Assembly: GCA_000934665.2 (NCBI GenBank)
Contig: KZ538349.1
Coordinates: forward strand, 61,261-81,260
DNA: 20,000 nt
Origin: Catajapyx aquilonaris
Taxonomy: Eukaryota
Direction: 5' to 3'
Below, one piece after another: positions 11,740 to 20,000 of this stretch (position 1 is its first letter; the number at the start of each line of letters is the position of its first letter). The translations under genes and the position numbers were made by a program. The notes below the pieces were generated by a model that saw only the letters and a program-made list of their open reading frames with translations, had not been told where the DNA came from and searched no databases.

Positions 11740-11771
<32 letters not shown>

Positions 11772-12128
11772 ACACGGACAGACACGTTTTAAAACGAGGT
11801 AGTGTCAAAACCCTGTGCATACTTTTTGTAAGTGAGATACAATATTTTTTCAGATGACAAGTTTCGTCATTGTGCTACAATGTAGCACACTTCATATAAA
11901 TATTTTCTCGAAGAAGCCGTTTTAAATATTTAATCGTTATTTTTTGTATAACAAAGTAGCATGAGTTCTAATATAAAATTATATCAATGCCGTAATTTAT
12001 TGGTACAGTCATCTTCAAAAAAATCGCCAAAAGTCCTGGTTTTGCTGAAAATTCACTTAGTATGCAATTTATTATGGAGTTATTATTAAGGTTATACAAA
12101 TGAAACCAATTATGTACAACGTTGTTAA

Positions 12129-12599
12129 CCCTTAACTACGTAGGTGGAGCCTGAGAGGCTCCAAGCACTTCTTAAATGCATGTAACTTTTTCATTGAATT
12201 TTATTTTCCCCTGTCCTTCCGTGACTTTGTCAGAAAAACCTTCCTAAGCATGAAAAGGAAAGAAAAAATATTTTAGTCCCTATTGTTTGGTTTAAAAAAA
12301 TTCGTAACGAGGAACAGGTCCCTCCTGGACTCTATACTGGCTCTACCTATGCAGGTGAAGCCTGAGCGGCTCAAGCATGATGTAACCTTTTAATTAAAAA
12401 ATTTTCCCTGTCGGAATATGCTGATTCAGCGTGTGATTTTTACGTTTTCGGAAGCCTAATGATCTGAACTGCACTTTCTGTATGTGAAAAGTCCAATATA
12501 ACAATTTAGTTGATAAGCAGAAATTGAAATATACCGTTGGAGCCTCTCAGGCTCCACCTACGTAGTTAAAGGTGTTTCACCCACCTACGTAGTTAAGGG
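12129..12599. mobile_element. 471-bp non-autonomous piggyBac-like element nested in the left foldback arm
   Basis: TTAA at 12125-12128 and 12600-12603; TIR CCCTTAACTACGTAGGTGG / CCACCTACGTAGTTAAGGG. A single empty TTAA lies at the homologous site in the right arm (~13091-13094). Confidence 0.92.
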
Positions 12600-14046
12600 T
12601 TAAAGGGCATGTTGTAAGGACAAATAATATCATTAATATCTGCATTCAAAGAAGAGATACACCTGGTCAAAGTATGGTCATATGAGAAAACATGCCTGGA
12701 AAATACATTTTTTATTCAAAAATGCAATTTTTTATTGATTTTATTTTTATTTATGTAGATAATGACGCTCTCTTTCAAAAGATATATTACAAACCCGGGG
12801 CATATGCGTAGTAGGCCTACTTGAATTATATATTTTTGAATGTTGCTCTGGGTTAAACCCACTTCATGACAAATGTGTAAATTGTCACAAGCTTTCTTTT
12901 TTCACACTACATCTTTTGAAAGAGAGCGTCATTATCCACACAAATGCAAATAAAATCAATAAAAAATGGAATTTTTGAATGAAAAATGTATTTTTCAGGC
13001 ATGTTTTCTCATATGACCATACTTTGACCAGGTGTATCTCTTCTTTGAATGCAGATATTAATGATATTATTTGTCCTTACAACATGCCCTTTAACAACAT
13101 TGTACATAATTGCTTTCATTTGTATAGCCTTAATAATAAATCCATAATAAATTGCGTACTAAGTGAATTTGCAGCAAAACAAGAACTTTTGGCGATTTCT
13201 TTGAAGATGACTGTACCAATAAATTACGGCATTGTGCATACCGAATTTTGATCTAATTTTATAATAGAACCCATGCTACTTTGTTATACAAAAAATAACT
13301 ATTAAATATTTAAAATGGCTTCTTCGAGAAAATATTTATAAGAAGTGTGCTATATAGTGTAGCACAATGACGAAATTTGTCATCTGAAAAAAAAAAATTG
13401 TATCTCACTTACAAAAAGTATGCACCGCGTTTTGACACCACCTCATTTTAAAACATGTCCGTCCGTGTAAAATAAAAAATGAAAATGAAAAATAAAAAAT
13501 GGTGTTTTTGAGAAAATAATTTTTGAAATATGAGTGTTTTCGCTTGTTGCCATATTTTCACCTCGCATATCTCAACTACACGCGGAGCTAGCAAAGGTTT
13601 TATTGCATAACCTTTAAGGGGTCACCGAGTATATCACAAAATATAATCGGCATAACCGTCACGTTTACCATAACGCCGTAATAAATTGCGAAATATGCGA
13701 ATTTTGACCAAAATATGCAATGTTGGAGATTTTTTTGCAGGTGACTGTACCATTAAATAAGGTAAATTCATGCATTACATAACAGCGTGTTATTCCAAAA
13801 GCATGAGTTTAAAATTTCATGTTGGTTTTCAGAACAGTTCCCGAATTATACTCATTGAAAGCCATGGAAAGAGTGCACCTTCCCGTGAAGGTTATTTTGG
13901 TACCCCTTGAAAGACATATATTAATATCTCGATAAATAAATTTAATCTCGTAAAACTGATTGCTCCATAAGGGTTCAATTGGATGTGGGTTTCACATATA
14001 TTTAAAAAAAAATCGAAGACCATGACTGGGCACCCTCTGTCTGGAT

Positions 14047-14376
14047 CATGGTTATAGAAGACTCAGGTTAGGTCACTCCCCACCCACCCCCTGCCGAGGG
14101 GTTTTGCAGAGGGTACTCACCTGAGACCGTCATGAGACATTTCGGAGCCACGATAAGTGGAGGGCTACATTGGGGGGCCCAACATGGCCGCCGGCGGCCA
14201 TGTTAGGGCCACCATGTAGCCCTCCCCTTCGTACCTATAAAGTTCAGCCTATAGTCCGGTAGGGTCGCCACTTATCGTGGCTCCGAAATGTCTCATGGCG
14301 GTCTCAGGTGAGCACCCGCTGCAAAATGCCTCGGCAGGTGATAACGCCAGAACGTAGTATAAGTGTCCGTGGGCTG
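14047..14376. mobile_element. 330-bp insertion with 8-bp TSD and CA...TG ends (P-element- or hAT-like MITE), nested in the right foldback arm
   Basis: TSD gtctggat at 14039-14046 and 14377-14384, with a single copy (atccagac, 10789-10796) in the left arm. Internal ~70-bp inverted repeat at 14090-14160/14268-14338 and a central palindrome at 14160-14224. Confidence 0.78.
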
Positions 14377-14427
14377 GTCTGGATTGAAATGGAACCAGCC
14401 AGCTATGGGGCTGGCGAGAGCCACTTG

Positions 14428-15718
14428 TAGTGGGAGAAGTACAAATAAAATAACAGAAAAAAACCGCATTTGATGATAGAAGCAAGCCACTTTGCACACT
14501 TGTTCCTAACACGATAAGGTTCAATTTGACCCGCAGTACCCTCAAAATTTCTCCGTAGGATTCAAAATGGCCGACAATATCGAAAAGGGTTACTTTTTGG
14601 GGTACTCATGAATGCGGGATGTCGATTCCGCATGATTTAAGGTCGCTAAACTCGAATTTGGCCATAGCAAGTTGCCATCTTGAATTATTTCGGCCCCAGA
14701 GGCGCCATTCTCCAAAATGGCGGCTTTCATTGTATACACCTCAAATTGTCCTAGAAGCGAATGTGATGTGTCGATTCCGGGTCATTTCCACATGCGAAGC
14801 TCAAATATGAACTGACCTTGGCGACATTTTGTGTCAATTTGGCCCCACAGGCGCTATTTTCCAAGATGGCGGCCTGATGTATTCTGTAAACTCGGAACTA
14901 GTCGAAGCGGTACACAAAAATATGCTGCAAAATCTTGCAGAAAGCAAGCCACTTTGCACAGACGTTCCATAGACCAAGACGATCAATTTGACCCGCAGCA
15001 CCCTGACCCCTGACCTTGTGTGGTCAAGTGGAGGCCGTTTTTGAAAAAAAAAAATCATTTTTTTTTTGGTAAATTCCCAATTGCCTCTCCATGGCAATGT
15101 TGGTGTCATTTCCGCATATTTCGAGGTCGACAAGTCGATTGGTAACATGCAGGAGGTCATAAGGTCACTAGTTTGTGACCTATGACCTCCATTTTTAAAT
15201 TGCCCTACTTGGCTATGTCTAATGGTATTTGCGACTAAAAGGTGGCATGTGAGGTATCGTTTAGATATAATTTGATGTCACTGAAACCGAAAACGACAAT
15301 AAAAATTCGGAATCATGCATCCGGTGACCTGTGGGGCGCCATATTGAAATGACCCGGAATCGACACATCACATTCGCTTCTAGGACAATTTGAGGTGTAT
15401 ACAATGAAAGCCGCCATTTTGGAGAATGGCGTCTCTGGGGCCGAAATAATCCAAGATGGCAACTTGGTATGGCCAAATTCGAGTTTAGCGACCTTAAATC
15501 ATGCGGAATAGACATCCCGCATTCATGAGTACACCAAAAAGTAACCCTTTTCGATATTGTCGGCCATTTTGAAAAGATGGTCGCCATTTTGAATCCTACG
15601 GGGAAATATTGAGGGTACTGCGGGTCAAATTGAACCTTATGGTGTTAGGAACAAGTGTGCAAAGTGGCTTGCTTCTATCATCAAATGCGGTTTTTTTTTT
15701 TGCGTACCGCTCCCACTA
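14428..15718. mobile_element. 1.29-kb non-autonomous Academ-like DNA transposon
   Basis: TAGTGGGAG...CTCCCACTA termini, 3-bp TSD ttg (14425-14427, 15719-15721), ~360-bp TIRs (14428-14788 / 15346-15718) and repeated aaaatggc/gccatttt motifs. TAG...CTA ends, long TIRs and a 3-4-bp TSD are Academ hallmarks. Confidence 0.85.
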
Positions 15719-16945
15719 TTGTGGCTGCTAGGAGCGCTAGCGGGCTTAGATTCATGATACAGCAGCCCTATGATACTCCTCGAGTACAGTAGTGTAATAA
15801 CTGTGTCCCATCGTTCGCTAAGACGCCATCTTGTTCAAGGTGCAACTGCTGTGGTAGGTAGCGGGTAGTCTGCCGCGATTGGCTCGATCCTTCTTCCACA
15901 GACTTACCATTAGAGTGCACCTTGAAAAAGATGGCGGATAGCGAACAATGTCGAGCCGCCAGCGCCAAATCCCAGCCTGACGGAGACACAGGCATTAAAC
16001 TACCGTATACATACAACTAGGGGGGGAAGTGACATGGGGCTGTGATGCAGACAACAGCCCCAGCCAGCCGTGCAATGTTTTGGTGCTGTACTTGTGCTCT
16101 CAGTCGTTTTTTAAAAGTACAATGCCGACCATGTGTGCGGCTCTTGGGTGTTTCCTATAGGCCTACAATACATACTACTCTTGGCCATGGAATTTTGTAG
16201 CACAGTAACAAAGTAGCAGTAGTTGTTGTTCCTGTTTTGTTGGTTAGTCGGCGACAGAGTCTGTCTGACAATACATCTTAGGACTGGAAATATGCAATGC
16301 ACACCAAAAGTCAAAATACGAGGGCCGTTCCAAAATGATTTACAATTATTTTTTTGCCACAGACACAGAGCCCATGCAGGTCGGAAAATAGGCACACATT
16401 ATAGATAGAATCCTCCTGGAGCCGAACTCACTGGCACTAGCCAACCTCTCCAGGCCCTCCAGGAGCCACTTTATGGTATAGCAGATTATTTTGCAAGTTT
16501 CCATGGGGGTAAAAAGATCTTGACCAAAAAAAAGGCGACAAAATATACGGCTTTGGGTGAGAACCCTTTGGGCCTCATTCTACCCATTTTTGGTGAAGAA
16601 GGGCCTCATTCCACTTGACGTCTGCCTGACGAGTAGGTAGGGAGCACATGATTGTTGGCGAGTGAAGGCCCCCAGATAGAGCTCAGTTATAGCAACACAT
16701 GAACAATAGACGACAACGATGGCAGTGGTGAGTTAGAGGTTGGGCGAATTCAGTTGTCCAAGAGACCTCGAAAGCGTCCGCGGAGCAAAACTAACCAACA
16801 AGCGATCAAGGAGGAGGTGGTGAGGGTAAACTATACATTAACCACGTGGGCAAATAAATAATACCCAAACGAAGAGCTGCGCTGGGCCTGATTGCAGGGT
16901 ATACAGTGCTGGTACGACTACCACAGGGTTTACCATAAGTTTTGA

Positions 16946-17110
16946 CTTCATCATGATGCCTTACCATACAAGTGCCAAAGGCTGAAGTGCTTTGCGAAAG
17001 TCAACAAAGAAGCCAGAGAAAATCTCAATACCTTCAACAGTATGTCCACAAAGAATGTGCAGGATTTCCACATTTCTGGACTAATATCTTTCAACGCTGT
17101 CCATCGACTA
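16946..17110 (+). pseudogene. Probable Sola1-type transposase N-terminal fragment
   Basis: Frame not in the ORF track: ...YKCQRLKCFAKVNKEARENLNTFNSMSTKNVQDFHISGLISFNAVHRL. It resembles the recalled Sola1 pattern KC-x-RLKCF...R...F...Q..YLSGLI...V.RR. A basic stretch KRPRKRPRSK lies upstream in the same frame (16760), separated by stops. Confidence 0.55.
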
Positions 17111-18055
17111 CTGCCCGGTTGCACCAACAATTTTACCGGCCCGATAGCACCTAATGGACCGGTAAGAGCCCTTATCGAACAGATTCGGTTGCACCAACAA
17201 AAAGTTACCGACATTTAGCACTTACCGACCGATAAAGTTGCAGGCCCAAATTCGGCCCGACAAGTCTTACAGAGGCCGTTAAGGAGGGAAAAGATGGCGG
17301 CGGGACTAGTTCGTGATGATGGACAGTACTCCTCAGACGATTCCGACGAGGATGAGATAATCATCGAACTCGCAGTGGTGCTGCCACGGCCAAGGTTATA
17401 TCGTACCCGAATGCATCCATTCGAGATGTACGACGAGTGTGCCTTCCACGCACGTTTCCGGCTATCCAAACGTACTGTCTGAAAACTGCTACAAGAGGTA
17501 CGCGGTTTCATGGTACGTAGTGAAGGTGGACCGCTGAATCATTGGGCTTATCCCATGGCATATGTATATCATTTTCACAGATGGAAGCCCAACTGGAATA
17601 CACCAGTGACCGCAACCACAGTCCTGCTGACATTGAGGTTTTACGCAACCGGAACATTCCAGATGTCCTGGGAGATTTGTTCCGGGTCAACAAGGCCACT
17701 GTTTGCAGACATGTCCATAAGGTGACAAGAATCCTGGTTGCCTTGCGTCCACAGTACATCCGCTTCCCAGCCACAGAGGTTGAGCGACACGCAGTCATGA
17801 GTGGCTTCCACGGAGTTGCAGGCATCCCAGGAATCATAGGTGCCACAGATTGCACGCATGTGGCAATCCAATCTCCAGTGGGAGAAGATTCGGCAGGTTT
17901 CAGGAGCCGGAAACATTACTTTTGAGTCAACGTGCAGATGGTGTGCGACACCCAGCTGCGGTTCACCAACATAGTGACGAGGTGGCCAGGATCGGTCCAC
18001 GATGCCACCATCTTCGACTTCTCCATGCTCCGAGCCCAACTGGAGACAGGAGATC
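17111..18055 (+). mobile_element. 5' part of a PIF/Harbinger transposon (truncated)
   Basis: Terminus-like ctg|cccggttgcaccaac, with cggttgcaccaacaa repeated at 17116-17130 and 17186-17200, followed by a Harbinger transposase pseudogene. No right TIR seen. Confidence 0.75.
17294..18055 (+). pseudogene. Decayed PIF/Harbinger (HARBI1-like, DDE_Tnp_4) transposase with one intron
   Basis: Motifs F-x-x-RFRLSK, VLLTLRFYATGTFQ, PGIIGATDCTHVAI, RKHYF*VNVQMVCD and RWPGSVHDATIF. GT-AG intron at 17498-17580; stops at 17480-17482 and 17923-17925; two frameshifts near 17620 and 17665; similarity ends ~18055, before the GDxGY motif and the C-terminal part. Confidence 0.92.
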
Positions 18056-19297
18056 ACTTTCCTAACCTCCAAACAATGTTTTTAGATTCATTTGTGGAAT
18101 TCATGGTAGCAAATCCTCTCAGAAGACAATTAAAGGTAAATGTGAAATTATTTGAAAGGCCACCACTCCAGGCATGGGCCTTTCGCCTTCCCTTCTGACG
18201 TCCCATCATGGTACCTCGCTATCCTAGATTTTAAACCTGAACTCTAGTGCAAAGCACACTTCTTTATGGGCGTACAGGCACTTGAAGAAAAGTCACAGCC
18301 CATTCAGCTTAAAAAAAGCTTTTTTCGGATGTCCATTTAAATGGGCATTTGGTCTCAGGAAGAAAAGAAAATTACCAGTTTTCTACATCAACAAAGATTG
18401 TCACAGACACATCTTTTCGTATTTCCTAATGCACATTCCTTGTGAATTCCAGGACATTCGCTGCATTGACGAAAATCCCACTCTAAATATGAGGAAAAAA
18501 AATAAAACTAATCAGATGAGCGCCTAGCTTCAGCAGCGACATCCGCCATTTTTTCCGCGATTTAATTTTCGCGGCCAAAGTCAGATATTCGACCTATTGA
18601 GGCCAGATTGTAATCATGGGATACCAACAGATTACAGTTCTGTTGGCATCACTATTTGGCGCCAAAAAAACTTTTCCAGATGTCCAATATATTGGACGTC
18701 GGGTCTCAGGAGGAGAGTGATTCATGAAGCCAGTTCTGGTTTTGGGCTTTCGAAAGGAAAGGTTCGGCCTAGATGGTACGCGCACATTATGGCCCCACAT
18801 ACGCATCAGTGCATAATTGATATTTTTACGATCGTACTTGCTCAAAAATTATAAACTAAATACCATTCATCGCAGAAGGAATAAACCCAAAATTGTTAGT
18901 AGTATCCAGGGGCGGCTTCCGGAGCCTCATGGAAAATGCCACAAGTGTCGCCACCGTCTATGCGAGTTAACATGGGAGAGCGCTACTGCGGCCATATCTG
19001 TAACTAGTAATATGCGTGGGAGTATTTTTTCAGCCAATCAGGAGCCTCGGCGAGAAGCTACGCTTTAAAATCGGCGGCGGCCCCCGCGGCAGTGGCAGCA
19101 CCGTCGCCCGAGTTTGCGAAATAAAAATCCGCGGCGGCGCCGGTCCGGGCTGGAACCCACGGCCTCCCGAATAGTACGACTCTCCCCTAGGGGCACGGCC
19201 AAAGCCGCAAGGCTGGTAAGAGACGTGCTGGGAGGCGCCCTATATGCAGCCACCTGCGTACCGCACCGCCCCGCCCCCCTATGACACGCTCACTCGC

Positions 19298-19859
19298 GGA
19301 TTATCAGGAGGAAAACAACTGGCCCTCCCACCACGGCCCCCAGGGCCACCGTAGGGAAAATTTGGGACTTGCTAAATTCCGAACTCGTGACCTGGAAGAC
19401 TTTGACCCAGCCAGATTTTCTGTGGCCAACCGGCAAAGTCCCGAATAATATATTTGGGGGAGCGGCGGGAGATTCGAACCATATACTTGCCGAGGATTAT
19501 AAGGGGGAAACTGGTCCTCCCACCACGGCCGCCAGGCCCACCCCAGGTGAAATTTGGGAATGCCTAAATTCCAAACTGACCAGGGCGCACAATTTGGCCC
19601 ACCCAGATTTTCTCTGGGCCGGTGGGAAGGTCCCGAAAAATATATTTGGGGAGCGGCGGGAGATTCGAACCATATACTTGCCGAGGATTATAAGGGGAAA
19701 ACTAAAGATGGCCCTCCCACGGCCGCCAGGCCCACCCCAGGTGAAATTTGGCATTGCCTAAATTCCGATCACGTGACGCGGTACACTTTGGCCCAGCCAG
19801 ATTTTCTGTGGGCCGGTGGGAAAGTCCCGAAAAAATATTTGGGGAGCGGCGGGAGATTC
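19298..19859. repeat. GC-rich tandem repeat, ~191-196-bp unit, ~2.9 copies
   Basis: Units start at ggattat 19298, 19494 and 19685; shared blocks include ccagattttct and atatttggggagcggcgggagattc. Confidence 0.92.
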
Positions 19860-19883
19860 AAAAAAAGGCGGCCAAAACACGCG

Positions 19884-19885
19884 GG

Positions 19886-19941
<56 letters not shown>

Positions 19942-19942
19942 C
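19884..19942. repeat. (GGCA)n microsatellite
   Basis: Directly visible. Confidence 0.97.
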
Positions 19943-20000
19943 GCCAAGATGGCTGGCCCACCTGGGAAAGTGCCGAAAATATTTTTGTGGGGTATGTTTC

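Larger units (their letters stand above)
10769..14404. mobile_element. Large foldback (long inverted repeat) element: arms ~1.15 kb each after removing insertions, ~127-bp spacer
   Basis: Left arm 10769-11073 + 11471-12128 + 12604-12783 is the reverse complement of right arm 12911-14046 + 14385-14404, with scattered substitutions. Spacer is 12784-12910. No coding capacity and no outer TSD found. Confidence 0.9.

Noticed and set aside
10752..15765. Extension of the foldback arms via 11-bp inverted match ctgctgtatca (10752-10762) / tgatacagcag (15755-15765)
   Set aside because: Too short, and the sequence between it and the arm ends does not align; cannot be supported without other copies.
468..16408. 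ORF-track entries in this span as real genes
   Set aside because: They are short, overlap microsatellites or mirror each other across inverted repeats (e.g. 931/955, 9509/9530, 14619/15261), and show no domains I recognise.
18056..19070. A defined DNA transposon truncating the Harbinger gene
   Set aside because: Looks repeat-derived (CAC start, 22-bp near-palindrome at 18679-18700), but I could not pair termini or find a TSD.
19298..19859. CRISPR-like repeat/spacer array or coding repeat (ORF 19369-19761)
   Set aside because: Whole units are homologous along their length, and unit lengths of 196 and 191 are not multiples of three.

Overview
Eukaryotic, most likely arthropod, genomic DNA; nearly all ORFs in the supplied track are spurious. 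The one host coding sequence I recognise is absent from the track: a 66-nt first coding exon on the minus strand (4423..4358, MDAPNTLSQSMDSVNTAAGEEE, then a GT donor) matching the segment just before the RRM of couch potato (cpo; RBPMS/mec-8 family). Bases 1-4357 are therefore intron and ~4424-5330 is a GC-rich 5' UTR/promoter region. The rest is upstream DNA packed with transposons: two tRNA-derived SINEs, TA-flanked Tc1/mariner-pogo MITEs, a 538-bp hairpin element with a 9-bp TSD, and a ~3.6-kb foldback structure (10769-14404) with three nested insertions whose empty sites survive in the opposite arm. It also holds a non-autonomous Academ-like element with a 3-bp TSD, a probable Sola1 transposase remnant interrupted by a decayed PIF/Harbinger transposase, and a ~193-bp tandem repeat. 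I found no convincing new protein-coding system; the most unusual signals are structural. Family calls come from recalled hallmarks, not database searches.
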